Shown: piece by piece, positions 36,799 to 46,091 of the stretch
Numbering within the stretch: position 1 is the first letter of the stretch
Layout of the letters: each line of letters opens with the position of its first letter
DNA from: Klebsiella phage Magnus
Length of the DNA: 64,000 nt
Strand: one strand, 5' to 3'
Sequence record: NC_049462.1
Notes under the pieces: model-generated
Told to the model about the DNA's origin: nothing
The model's input: the letters and a program-made list of their open reading frames with translations, nothing else
The model's database searches: none
Position numbers and translations under genes: made by a program

Positions 36799-37166
36799 TC
36801 CACATAGGCGGGCGTTGGCTCGCCTTCTTCACTGTCGTCAACCAAACCCAGGAATGCGTCGATACTATCACAACAACGTTGTAACAGTTCCGGCTTGATG
36901 GTTTTGTTGATGACCGCCTGATTTTTGTTGATGAGAGGGAACACTTTTAATTCGCCGAAGTTGCTCATATTGACGATCGCAACATAAAGCCCTGGCTTGG
37001 TATTACCCGACAGGAATGAGAATGGGACTTCCTTGGCAGTGTCTGATTTCGTTTCATCAACTAAAACTTTCAAAAGAGTAGTGCTTGTTGTCTCACTACC
37101 CAATTTCCGGCTTGCCATATCTCCGTGGCTGTACCCTACGGCATAGATTGCTACTAGTTGTTTCAT
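36783..37166 (-). CDS. hypothetical protein (127 aa), divergent from gene 45
   Basis: Minus-strand ORF overlapping the uvsW end by 16 nt. Confidence 0.45.
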   Translation of the reverse strand: MKQLVAIYAVGYSHGDMASRKLGSETTSTTLLKVLVDETKSDTAKEVPFSFLSGNTKPGLYVAIVNMSNFGELKVFPLINKNQAVINKTIKPELLQRCCDSIDAFLGLVDDSEEGEPTPAYVDQDPK

Positions 37167-37489
37167 GCTATTCGTCTCGTGTTGTTTGCATCCTTATATA
37201 ATAGTCTCATGTTATGTTTAGACCAATTTAAAATAATTTGCCTTTCGGATTAAAAAGTCCTTTCTTGTTGAACAAATCCGTCGTACTATACGAGTTGTGA
37301 GCTTTGCGAGCAACGAGTATTAGGGGTTTACGAGCGAAGCGAGTTGATTAATATAAATTAATAGATTAATCTATTTCGTTAATAATTTGCGCGCGAAGAG
37401 ATTTAACACTTGTTCTATATCCCCAAATGGGCGATACTAAATTGCGTCAACAACATGACTTGACTTCACTATATCTTGAGGATACATAA
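37167..37489. promoter_or_regulatory. 323-bp AT-rich divergent intergenic region with reiterated (A/G)CGAG units and ATTAAT palindromes
   Basis: tACGAG, tGTGAG, tGCGAG, aACGAG, tACGAG and aGCGAG occur within 70 bp, followed by 'gattaatataaattaatagattaatctatttcgttaataatt'. Confidence 0.4.
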
Positions 37490-38158
37490 ATGCAAGAAAT
37501 TACTCTGTCGGAACGCACTCTGCAACTTCTGGCTAACTTTGAAACCATCTGCCCGTCTATCGTCCTGACTCCTGGCAAAAAGCTGCGTACCGTAAATGAC
37601 GCATCGACGGTTATCGCCATCGCCGATATTGACGAAGACTTCCCGTTCGAATTCCCGATCCTCGATCTAACCAAGCTGCTGGCCATCCAGCGCCTGCCGA
37701 GTTTCAAGAGCGGTAAGATCGAAATGTACGAAGATCACGTGCTGCTCAAAGGCGAAAACTCTCAACTGCAATTCTGGCGCTCGGCCAAAGAACTGACCAC
37801 AGTTCCGGCTGATACCATCGATCTGCCGTCGGTTGATTTCGAAGCAACTGTATCGCCGGAAAAAATGAAAGAGCTGATCCGCGCGTGTTCTACTCTGGGC
37901 CACAAAACTGTCCGCATGGTCGCCAGCGGCGGCAAAACCCGTCTGGTGGGTACTACTCCGGCGATCGACAATTCCAACGATTACACCGTTGAATTGGGCG
38001 AAACTGCGCTGGGTGATTTCTCCATGCCGATCGACGTTGTCAACCTGAAAATGATCGAAGGCAACTATACTATCCGCGCCTGCACTGAAATGCAGCTGGT
38101 CAATTTCCAATCGGTCGACGGCACCATCAACTATTACGTCGGCATGCAGCTGGAATAA
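37490..38158 (+). CDS. 45: sliding clamp gp45
   Basis: 'LQLLANFETICPSIVL' vs T4 gp45 'ALLKNFATINSGIML'. Length 222 aa vs 228 aa in T4. Directly upstream of genes 44 and 62. Confidence 0.8.
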   Translation: MQEITLSERTLQLLANFETICPSIVLTPGKKLRTVNDASTVIAIADIDEDFPFEFPILDLTKLLAIQRLPSFKSGKIEMYEDHVLLKGENSQLQFWRSAKELTTVPADTIDLPSVDFEATVSPEKMKELIRACSTLGHKTVRMVASGGKTRLVGTTPAIDNSNDYTVELGETALGDFSMPIDVVNLKMIEGNYTIRACTEMQLVNFQSVDGTINYYVGMQLE

Positions 38159-38192
38159 TCTTCAATATCTATCTGTTGCTTTAATATCGTTG

Positions 38193-38217
38193 CAGGGGCG
38201 GAAAGCCCCTGTATTTT
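38193..38217 (+). terminator. terminator caggggc-ggaaa-gcccctg + tattttg
   Basis: Perfect 7-bp stem plus U-run. Confidence 0.55.
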
Positions 38218-38243
38218 GAAACGCATCATCTAAAGAGGCTGTA

Positions 38244-39242
38244 ATGTCTAATATCACAATCGTTGGTGACCAATACGCATGGGAAAACAAATATCGTCCG
38301 GATAATCTGGATGAGATCGTACTCCCTCGGGACGTCCGTGCCAAGATCCATGGCTATATCACTGGTGGTAATGGCAACATCCCGTCAATGCTGTTCTACT
38401 CACCGAAACCGGGTACTGGTAAGACCACGACTGCTCTGGCGGTTTGTAATGAAATCGGCTGCGTCAAGCCGCTGATGATCAACGCATCCCTGGACAACAA
38501 CATCGACACCATCCGCGACAAAGTTATCCAGTATTCGACTGGCGTCAGCGTATATGGCGGACGGAAAGTCGTTATCCTGGATGAAGCCGAGCGCCTGTCT
38601 ATGGCCGCTCAGGAATCGTTGAAAGGTATTATCGAGAAGGTGAGCAAAAACTGCTCGTTTATCCTCACCACCAACTCCAAATCCCGTCTGAACGAACCGC
38701 TGGTTTCCCGCTGCCGTGAAATCGACTTCATCTGGACCGACAAAGAAGCACATGAAGTGCAGCTACAGTTCATGCGGCGCTGTGCTGAAATCCTTGCTGC
38801 TGAAAACGTCGAAGTCGATCTGAAAGTCCTCGGCCGGATCATTCCTCAGTTCTTCCCGGACAACCGTAAGATCATGGGCATCTTGCAAGACAATGCCTCC
38901 ACCTACGGAAAAATTGATGAACGCGCTTTGGCCGTCGTCAACGCAGGCGGTATGCGCCAGCTGGTTGAAGAGATGAAGGCCAACAATTGGGCTGGCGTTC
39001 GGCAATGGGTGACTGATAATCAGAACTATATCGGTGATGATTTTTATTCACGTTTCTTCCAGTTCTGTGTACCACAAGACAAAAGCAAACCCCGCTTGTT
39101 GGCCGACAATTCTAGCATCGTGGATATGGTTGCTCTGTGTGGTCAGGCACAAATAGAGCATCGCCAAGCTGGAGATGTATGGCTCCATGCGGTTTACTTC
39201 CTGACTAATGTCATGATCACCATGAGTAACAAATGGAGCTAG
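38244..39242 (+). CDS. 44: clamp loader large subunit gp44 (AAA+)
   Basis: Walker A 'SPKPGTGKTTTA' vs T4 'SPSPGTGKTTVA'. 'VVILDEAER' vs 'VIVIDEFDR'. 'SRCREIDF' vs 'SRCRVITF'. Confidence 0.85.
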   Translation: MSNITIVGDQYAWENKYRPDNLDEIVLPRDVRAKIHGYITGGNGNIPSMLFYSPKPGTGKTTTALAVCNEIGCVKPLMINASLDNNIDTIRDKVIQYSTGVSVYGGRKVVILDEAERLSMAAQESLKGIIEKVSKNCSFILTTNSKSRLNEPLVSRCREIDFIWTDKEAHEVQLQFMRRCAEILAAENVEVDLKVLGRIIPQFFPDNRKIMGILQDNASTYGKIDERALAVVNAGGMRQLVEEMKANNWAGVRQWVTDNQNYIGDDFYSRFFQFCVPQDKSKPRLLADNSSIVDMVALCGQAQIEHRQAGDVWLHAVYFLTNVMITMSNKWS

Positions 39243-39245
39243 ACT

Positions 39246-39668
39246 ATGGCTGGTCCTTCTTTATTTGATTTCTTAGGCGCCATAAACAACACTAAAGAAA
39301 ATTTGTTAGAGACAGATGATCCCGATGTTTTGAAGGCGTTTGACCCGTTCATGATTCGAAGAGGTTTAGCTCAGAGCGAAGACACGCTGGTGATTGCACA
39401 AAAAATGAACTTGTTGCACAAGTGCAGTCCTTGGATGCAGTGGAACATGGCGTTCCATACCGTTCAGGCCAGGAAAAGATATCCAAAATGGGCCAAAAAA
39501 GGTCCGCTCGACCCTGATATTCAGATGTTGTCTGAATATTATTACATTAGCCATGAAAAGGCATCAGAGTATCTCAAATTTCTTCCAAAAGAAGCACTGG
39601 CCGAGATCAGGAAGAAAGTTGAGTTGTCTAACAGCAACGAGAAAGCGAAGCCGCGCAAGGCTAAGTAG
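39246..39668 (+). CDS. 62: clamp loader small subunit gp62
   Basis: 'FLGAINNTKE' vs T4 gp62 'IIGAINNKTK'. 'RKRYPKWAKK' vs 'RGKRYGKWAKL'. Confidence 0.65.
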   Translation: MAGPSLFDFLGAINNTKENLLETDDPDVLKAFDPFMIRRGLAQSEDTLVIAQKMNLLHKCSPWMQWNMAFHTVQARKRYPKWAKKGPLDPDIQMLSEYYYISHEKASEYLKFLPKEALAEIRKKVELSNSNEKAKPRKAK

Positions 39669-39696
39669 TTAAAATCATTAATGAAGGAGTTTGGTC

Positions 39697-40161
39697 ATGG
39701 CGCGCAATACGCTCGACATCTTAAAACTGACTGCGGTCGACGATGAGGCCAGCATCGTCGATTGTATGGTCGAAGTTGAACTGAACCAAGATAAACCAGG
39801 GATTTTCCTGGGTATCAAGGAAACACTGAGCCGAATCGGGGTTAATACTCGTCAAGAGCCTGAAACCCTGTACCAGACCTGCCATATCCTCCACAAATCT
39901 GGCAAGTATTTTATCGTTCATTTCAAGCATCTGTTTATGCTGGATGGACATTACAACGGCTTTCAGCGTGAAGATGTCCTGCGTATGAATCGAATCATTC
40001 GTCTTCTGGAGCAGTGGAAGATGATCAAGGTTCTGCATCCGGAACAAGTGACCGAATGCGCCGACATGTCCCGTATCAAAGTTGTGAAACACGATCAGAT
40101 CGCCGATTGGAAACTGGTCCCCAAATATATCATTCGCCCATCTCGGGCCAAAAGCGAATAA
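39697..40161 (+). CDS. regA: RegA translational repressor
   Basis: 'CHILHKSGKYFIVHFKHLFMLDG' vs T4 RegA 'CHILQKKGLYYIVHFKEMLRMDG'. 'WKLVPKYIIRP' vs 'WKLVPKYTIGN'. Confidence 0.75.
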   Translation: MARNTLDILKLTAVDDEASIVDCMVEVELNQDKPGIFLGIKETLSRIGVNTRQEPETLYQTCHILHKSGKYFIVHFKHLFMLDGHYNGFQREDVLRMNRIIRLLEQWKMIKVLHPEQVTECADMSRIKVVKHDQIADWKLVPKYIIRPSRAKSE

Positions 40162-40177
40162 CTGGAGTCGCTATATT

Positions 40178-41062
40178 ATGACAACTACATTTAGTAAGAA
40201 CGTGAGACTGAATCTGGCTTTTGGTAATGCTAAAGGGGACGTAACCGCCCCCGACTTTAGCAAAATTCGCAATCAGGCGAAACTCGTGTTGGAAGAAACC
40301 AAAGAACTCCTGGAAGCGGCGTATTTTGACCATGACGTTGTTGTCAATTTCCAGGCCACTCCAAAACCGAGTAACAACGAAATATATTCTGACCCCAATG
40401 CCAAAGTGAATGCTATGCGCCTCATTATGGATTCCCAGGGCGATATCACAACGGTCAACGACGGCGTGGCTCACATCGCCGGTTTCGACGGCAACGAATG
40501 CTTGCAGCGTGTCTACACGTCCAATATGAGCAAATTCATCCGTTCTGAAGATGAAGTCGGTCCGGCGCTGGATTATTACTATTCTCGCGGTTTCCCGGAA
40601 GGCCAGCTGCGTGTTGAAGGTGAATTCCCTCAGGCATGCATCAAGGTCAATGAGACCGTGATGTGGAACGGCAAAGAATATCCGGCGAATAAATTCCTGA
40701 AGAACATGGCCGTCTTCCAGGAACCGGATTTCAGTGATATGCTGACGAGTACTCCATTACAACAGGTGAAAGCCATCATCGCCAGCAGCGTTGTTGAACC
40801 GGGTAAAGCGTACATCGATAAAGAGAATGGTGTCGCTTACTTCCACATCAACGACCTCCGCCAGTTCCTGGAAACTTCTGCGGGGTTTGGTACGACTCAA
40901 GAACTGGCTAATGTAGATGGCCAGACTGAGAGTTATGTCCCGGTCTACCATGTTAGTGATGATTCGTATCCGGAACTGAACGGTTATTGGGCTGCTAACG
41001 TTCGTGTGTTCGTCTACTCCCCATACAATCCGGAAGTCACGCAGCTGACCCGTATCGATTAA
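40178..41062 (+). CDS. conserved hypothetical protein (294 aa)
   Basis: ORF at the position where T4 has the DNA polymerase gene. No confident motif. Confidence 0.5.
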   Translation: MTTTFSKNVRLNLAFGNAKGDVTAPDFSKIRNQAKLVLEETKELLEAAYFDHDVVVNFQATPKPSNNEIYSDPNAKVNAMRLIMDSQGDITTVNDGVAHIAGFDGNECLQRVYTSNMSKFIRSEDEVGPALDYYYSRGFPEGQLRVEGEFPQACIKVNETVMWNGKEYPANKFLKNMAVFQEPDFSDMLTSTPLQQVKAIIASSVVEPGKAYIDKENGVAYFHINDLRQFLETSAGFGTTQELANVDGQTESYVPVYHVSDDSYPELNGYWAANVRVFVYSPYNPEVTQLTRID

Positions 41063-41084
41063 GTCATTCCACGTTTCAATATAC

Positions 41085-41115
41085 AACAGAGGCTATAATG
41101 GCCTCTGTTTTCGTA
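41085..41115 (+). terminator. terminator aacagaggc-tataatg-gcctctgtt + ttcgtattc
   Basis: Perfect 9-bp stem plus U-rich tail. Confidence 0.6.
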
Positions 41116-41133
41116 TTCTAAGAAGAGGATACC

Positions 41134-42363
41134 ATGAAAGATAAACCGTCAGACATCCAATATTGCGGTGTCCGTGAAGATAAAATCAAAACAGCTGATC
41201 CTGTCCTCAGCCCTTTCCATCGCAAGCTGTCCTATGATTGGATGAATGAACGTTACAAAATCCACGTAAGAAAGGACGTCCAGAGTCTTCCTGCTCCCTG
41301 GACGGAAAATGAGATACTACGGCAGGTCAAGTTTTGTAACGTCCGGAGAGAGCACGACAGGCAGTCTCAGCACCTCATCCGGAATATCGTTGATAATAAG
41401 AACCTGACTCTGGCGGACAAGATGTTCAACTGCCTTCTGTTCCGTATGTTCAATATGTGGGATCCCATCCAGCATGTTCTAGAAGGTCCGGTCTCCATCA
41501 ATGATTTCCGTAATATCAATTTGGACCGAACTCGTGAACGATTTGCGGACTTTGACAAAAAAGGCGGCGTGACGTTCACTAATGCTTTCAACACAGGCGG
41601 CTTGAAGCAATGCCTGGCTTTTCCTGAACTGGCCGTGACTGGTAAGCCAGCCAGCCCCAGCAAAATGATGGTGAAAGTATTTGAGAAAGAAGGGCCGATG
41701 AAGTTTTATGTCGGGGAAATGAAATACAAAGATGCCAAGACTCTGGCCGAAGCAAATCCGGAAACAGTTGTGATCGAAGGCTGGGAACCGCATATGGGAA
41801 TGCGTGTTGTCCGATTCCTGAAAGCGTTTGTTACCCATAATCCTCATTTCTTCCATGCGTTGTTGGGGTTCAATTCACCACTATCTGTTTATGAAGAACT
41901 GCTTAACAAAGTTGAAGGCCTCGGTCCATTCTTGGCATATCAGATTTGGGTTGACTTCACATACAATCCGGATTATCCGTTCAGTGAAAACCATTTCACT
42001 ATCGCCGGGCCGGGGTGCCGCGCCGGGATTGATCTGTTGTTCCTGGACAAAGATGGTATGACCCACGAAGAGTGTATCTTCTGGCTCCGTGATAACCAGG
42101 ATCAGGTCTACGGGCAATATGGTTATGTTCGTGAACAATTCTGGTCGGCTGAAGCACCGGAAGATCAATGCATGAACGTCATGCAGCTGGAAAATATGTT
42201 CTGTGAACTGAGCAAATATACCCGTTGTGTCGAGGCTGTCATGCGTGGTGAGAAGCCTCGTGGTAAGGTTGGATATGACGGAAGCGGCGATTATAAAAAG
42301 CGTTGCGACGAAGTTGTTCTCAACCGTGGTTCTGTCAATCTTCTGGAAAGGATGAAGAAATGA
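41134..42363 (+). CDS. conserved hypothetical protein (409 aa), Cys/His-containing; candidate DNA-metabolism or base-modification enzyme
   Basis: Long ORF. No recognisable P-loop. Any function is inference only. Confidence 0.5.
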   Translation: MKDKPSDIQYCGVREDKIKTADPVLSPFHRKLSYDWMNERYKIHVRKDVQSLPAPWTENEILRQVKFCNVRREHDRQSQHLIRNIVDNKNLTLADKMFNCLLFRMFNMWDPIQHVLEGPVSINDFRNINLDRTRERFADFDKKGGVTFTNAFNTGGLKQCLAFPELAVTGKPASPSKMMVKVFEKEGPMKFYVGEMKYKDAKTLAEANPETVVIEGWEPHMGMRVVRFLKAFVTHNPHFFHALLGFNSPLSVYEELLNKVEGLGPFLAYQIWVDFTYNPDYPFSENHFTIAGPGCRAGIDLLFLDKDGMTHEECIFWLRDNQDQVYGQYGYVREQFWSAEAPEDQCMNVMQLENMFCELSKYTRCVEAVMRGEKPRGKVGYDGSGDYKKRCDEVVLNRGSVNLLERMKK

Positions 42364-42584
42364 GTTGGAAATTATTCAAGTTACGCAAAGCCACAGATGA
42401 ATTTCTACTGGAAGCTCGTATGCAAGGTCGTCTTGTGTACACGCCTTATCCAGGAACCACGCGCTTTTGCAATACGTTAAGAAAACAGAATTCTGTTTCT
42501 GGCCCTAGAAGATTGATGAACCAGGGAATGTTGGCATACAACTCTGGGGATACCCGGCCTTGTGACGGTGGGAAGATAATCTGA
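42360..42584 (+). CDS. hypothetical protein (74 aa)
   Basis: ATGA overlap with the stop of the upstream gene. Confidence 0.35.
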   Translation: MSWKLFKLRKATDEFLLEARMQGRLVYTPYPGTTRFCNTLRKQNSVSGPRRLMNQGMLAYNSGDTRPCDGGKII

Positions 42585-42606
42585 ACCAATATGATACTGG
42601 AATAAA

Positions 42607-42635
42607 GTTTTCAATAACTGTAATCGGGGTATATT
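42607..42635 (+). promoter_or_regulatory. putative sigma70 promoter (-35 TTTTCA then 'caataa', -10 TATATT) followed by hairpin gcgcc-tcaaccgg-ggcgc (42653..42670) and a leader box
   Basis: Shares the 'CAATAA' element next to the -35 with the TTTACT promoter family. Drives the 676-aa gene. Confidence 0.4.
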
Positions 42636-42700
42636 GACCTCACTTTAACGAAGCGCCTCAACCGGGGCGCACATTTGAACTGAAACAGGAAGACTATATC

Positions 42701-44731
42701 ATGTCAGATTTTAAACCCTTCGCAGTTGCTGTAAAGAATCAAATCACCGCGATGTCCAGCAATGGCCTGTACATGACTTCGGTTGACAAAGACGCCCTGT
42801 GGGATCTGTATCTGTCGTCTTTCCCGGAAGGCACCAACAACATCTACCGTGAGCGCACCGAGCACGATTGCACCTGCTGCAAGCAATTCATCCGTAATAT
42901 CGGCGGCGTCGTATCGATTGACGCTGATCTGAACCTGGTCACTGTGTGGGACAGTGTTAATCTGGGCAACGAATATGACGTGGTGGCAGCGGCGCTGGCC
43001 AAGTATGTCAAGCAGCACAATATCGTGGGCGTATACTTCAACGATTCGTCTAAAGTCGGCGTTGAAAGCAACCATGAAATGGGTGAAAACGGTAAAGTCC
43101 GCACCTACAACCATTTCCACGCAACGCTGGAAGGCAAATTTGTTCTCCGCGCCGATACTATCGCATCCAGAAAAGGTGAAATCTGGCAGTCGATTGAAGT
43201 CTTTGAGCGCGGGTTGCGTGAACTGACTCTGGAATCGGCTGAGATCGTACTGGAACTCATCGACCAGAACTCCCTGTATCGTGGCGAAGAGCATCGTGCT
43301 GCTATCCAGAGCTTTATCCAAAGCAAAAATGAATACGCACAAATTCCGTCGACTCTGAAACAACTCTGGGCTTGGCGTACTGGCTGGATGTCGAATAACC
43401 ATAAGCCGTTCGGCATCCGAAATAACGTCATCGGCACGTTATTAATCGATCTGTCTGGTGGCGTGGATCTGGAAAAGGCGGTTAAGTCATTTGAAACCAA
43501 AGTGGCACCGACCAACTACCGCCGCCCGACTGCTCTGGTGACTAAGGGTATGATCGAGCAAGCGCAGAAAAAAGTTGCTGAACTCGGCCTGACCGACTCG
43601 CTCGGACGCCGCTTTGCCACCTACGACGACCTGACCATCAACAACGTTCTGTTCGCTGATTTGGCTGCGCAGAAGGCGATGGATCCGTTTGCCCAGCTGG
43701 CTCAGGAAGTGAAAGTGTCGGAGAAATCCCTGGGTAAAATCGAAGAGATCAGTGCCGACGACTTTGTCAAAAACGTACTGCCGAAGGCGCATTCTATGGA
43801 AGTCCTCTTTGAGGGTTCCCATACTGGTAATCTGATGTCGTTGGTGGCACCGCAAACTGCAGGCGCACCTGGCCTCTTCAAATGGAATAACAACTTCTCC
43901 TGGTCATATAATGGTGAAGTTGCCGATTCCATCAAAGAGCGCGTGAAGGCCGCTGGCGGTAATGTGGATTCGTTCCTGCGTGTGTCTCTGGCCTGGTTCA
44001 ACAACGATGACCTGGACCTGCACATGTATACACCGCAGCGTGAACATATCTACTTCCACACTCGCGAATCCCGTTCTACGGGCGCCAAGCTGGACGTTGA
44101 TATGAACGGCATGGATGGTATCAACGCAGAACGCAAGCCCGTTGAGAACATCTTCTTCAGCGATGAAAGCAAGCTGAAAGACGGTGTGTATCAGTTCGTG
44201 GTGGACAATTATAACCAACGTGAAACTATCGACACCGGGTTTATCATCGAAGTCGAATACAAAGGTGATCTGAAGCGCTATTCCTGCGAAAAAGGTCTGA
44301 AGCAGAAACAGCAGTTCGCGGTAGTTGAACTTCATGTCAAAAATGGCAAAGTCGTTGACGTTCAGACTCCACTGACGCCGACTGCTGGCGTTGAGACTGA
44401 AGTATGGGGCATCCGTACACAGAACTTCCAGAAAGTGCAGCTGGTTCTGAACTCACCGAACCATTGGGATGGTGAACAGACAGGCAACCGCCACTTGTTC
44501 TTTATCCTGGAAGGCTGTGTGAACCCGGTCGGAACCCGCGGATTCTACAACGAATATCTGAAGCCGGAACTGGCACCGCATGGTAAGGTTTTTGAAATGC
44601 TTGGCGCTAAAATGAAAACAGCACCAAGTGATAACCAACTGAGCGGCCTGGGCTTCTCTTCCACTCAGCGCAACCATGTTCTGGTGAAGGTAAGTGGCTC
44701 GTTCAACCGTGTAGTCAAAGTCGTCTTTTAA
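42701..44731 (+). CDS. large conserved hypothetical protein (676 aa)
   Basis: Long ORF preceded by the leader box 'TGAAACAGGAAGACTATA'. No recognisable catalytic motif. Confidence 0.55.
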   Translation: MSDFKPFAVAVKNQITAMSSNGLYMTSVDKDALWDLYLSSFPEGTNNIYRERTEHDCTCCKQFIRNIGGVVSIDADLNLVTVWDSVNLGNEYDVVAAALAKYVKQHNIVGVYFNDSSKVGVESNHEMGENGKVRTYNHFHATLEGKFVLRADTIASRKGEIWQSIEVFERGLRELTLESAEIVLELIDQNSLYRGEEHRAAIQSFIQSKNEYAQIPSTLKQLWAWRTGWMSNNHKPFGIRNNVIGTLLIDLSGGVDLEKAVKSFETKVAPTNYRRPTALVTKGMIEQAQKKVAELGLTDSLGRRFATYDDLTINNVLFADLAAQKAMDPFAQLAQEVKVSEKSLGKIEEISADDFVKNVLPKAHSMEVLFEGSHTGNLMSLVAPQTAGAPGLFKWNNNFSWSYNGEVADSIKERVKAAGGNVDSFLRVSLAWFNNDDLDLHMYTPQREHIYFHTRESRSTGAKLDVDMNGMDGINAERKPVENIFFSDESKLKDGVYQFVVDNYNQRETIDTGFIIEVEYKGDLKRYSCEKGLKQKQQFAVVELHVKNGKVVDVQTPLTPTAGVETEVWGIRTQNFQKVQLVLNSPNHWDGEQTGNRHLFFILEGCVNPVGTRGFYNEYLKPELAPHGKVFEMLGAKMKTAPSDNQLSGLGFSSTQRNHVLVKVSGSFNRVVKVVF

Positions 44732-44766
44732 GTTAAAATACAACCGAATTCATAGAGGATACAAAA

Positions 44767-45138
44767 ATGTTTGATAAAGCAACCCGTCTGAAACTGCGTT
44801 TCAACTCCAACAAAGGCATGCTGTCCGTTGAGCAGGTGTGGGATCTGAGCCTGACTGCTCTGAACGAAATGGCGAAAGGTCTGAACCGCGAACTGAAAGC
44901 TGCTGCGGTTGACGATGAAGATTTCATCGGTAACAATACCGCTGTTGATTCTCAGCTGCAACTGCGCTTTGACATCGTCAAAAGCATCATCAGCACCAAG
45001 CTGAAAGAGCGCGACGACACCCTGTCCGCTGCAGAAAAACGTGAGCACAACCAGGCCATCCTGGAACTCATCAAGAAGAAACAGCAGGAAGAGCTGGCGG
45101 GCAAATCTGTTGAAGAACTGCAAGCCCTGCTGAAATAA
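44767..45138 (+). CDS. hypothetical helical protein (123 aa); its 3' end is the upstream copy of the 27-bp direct repeat
   Basis: ORF. The C-terminal 'SVEELQALLK' is encoded by the repeat. Confidence 0.5.
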   Translation: MFDKATRLKLRFNSNKGMLSVEQVWDLSLTALNEMAKGLNRELKAAAVDDEDFIGNNTAVDSQLQLRFDIVKSIISTKLKERDDTLSAAEKREHNQAILELIKKKQQEELAGKSVEELQALLK

Positions 45139-45161
45139 ATCCGTCAACTCCGGTATTAACA

Positions 45162-45186
45162 ACCCCGCCCTGTGCGGGGTTTCAAT
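45162..45186 (+). terminator. terminator aaccccgcc-ctg-tgcggggtt + tcaatttg (upstream copy of the duplicated terminator)
   Basis: GC stem plus T-rich tail. Near-identical to the terminators at 47789 and 27574. Confidence 0.6.
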
Positions 45187-45236
45187 TTGTGTATCGCAGT
45201 ATAATACATATGTAAACTAAACTATGGGGCTACGTT

Positions 45237-46091
45237 ATGTTTCGTTTGAGATTGAACGACCAAGATGTGTTCTACAAACACTTCACCTTTCCGGGCGGTG
45301 AGGAACATATCAAGATTCAAAAGGCGGGTATCCCTGTTGGTAAAATCCAGACAGTGGTAATTGACGCCCACATTAAATCGTCAGCAGACTTCATTGAGCT
45401 GGCACTGTTGGTGAATGCCGTGCGCGGCCTGGGTAATGTCGACCGACTGACAACATTTCATGCTTATATCCCTTATTTTCCATATGCCCGTCAGGATCGT
45501 CATTGCGACTTTGGTGAACCTCTTTCGGTGAAGTGGGCAGCAGAGTTCATCAATAGTATGAACTTTGACCGTGTGGCTATCAAAGACCCTCACAGCCATG
45601 TTGTGTCTTCTTTGATCAACAACGTCCATGTTGTCCCGCAAGATTACATTGCTCGCCAGTACCTGGGATGGTTCATCCGTGGAAACAACGCTGTGTTAGT
45701 AGCCCCTGACGGTGGCGCGGCGAAGAAGACTGAAACCCTCAGCCTATCGCTGGATGGCGTTCCTGTTGTCTACGGACATAAGAACCGCGACACCAAGACA
45801 GGCGAGATCATTGGGGTGAGTATTACAAACCCTGAACTGATCAAAGACCGCTATCTGGTTGTGGTAGATGATATCTGTGACGGCGGGCGAACGTTTGTTG
45901 AGCTGGGCAAAGAGCTTCAGAAGCACGAGCCTAAGCACATGACCCTCTTCGTTACCCACGGCATTTTCAGCAAAGGCCTCTCTGTGTTCGACGGGATCTA
46001 CGATGCTGTGTATGCCGACACTGTCTGGTGGGAGAACATCACTGCCGACGGTCTTCCATTCAAAACTGAAAATACAGGACGTGTAAAATGA
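45237..46091 (+). CDS. ribose-phosphate pyrophosphokinase (Prs) family protein; candidate ADP-ribose pyrophosphokinase (Adps) of the NARP1 NAD+ reconstitution pathway
   Basis: 'IPYFPYARQDRH' vs E. coli Prs 'IPYFGYARQDRR'. 'VVVDDICDGGRT' vs 'VLVDDMIDTGGT'. 'VTHGIFSKG' vs 'ATHPIFSGN'. Confidence 0.65.
   Translation: MFRLRLNDQDVFYKHFTFPGGEEHIKIQKAGIPVGKIQTVVIDAHIKSSADFIELALLVNAVRGLGNVDRLTTFHAYIPYFPYARQDRHCDFGEPLSVKWAAEFINSMNFDRVAIKDPHSHVVSSLINNVHVVPQDYIARQYLGWFIRGNNAVLVAPDGGAAKKTETLSLSLDGVPVVYGHKNRDTKTGEIIGVSITNPELIKDRYLVVVDDICDGGRTFVELGKELQKHEPKHMTLFVTHGIFSKGLSVFDGIYDAVYADTVWWENITADGLPFKTENTGRVK

Noticed and set aside
37167-37489. Large intergenic gap checked for a tRNA or small RNA gene
   Set aside because: No cloverleaf-compatible stems or conserved T-loop (GTTCRANYC) were seen. 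The region is AT-rich with short repeats and is better explained as a regulatory or origin region.
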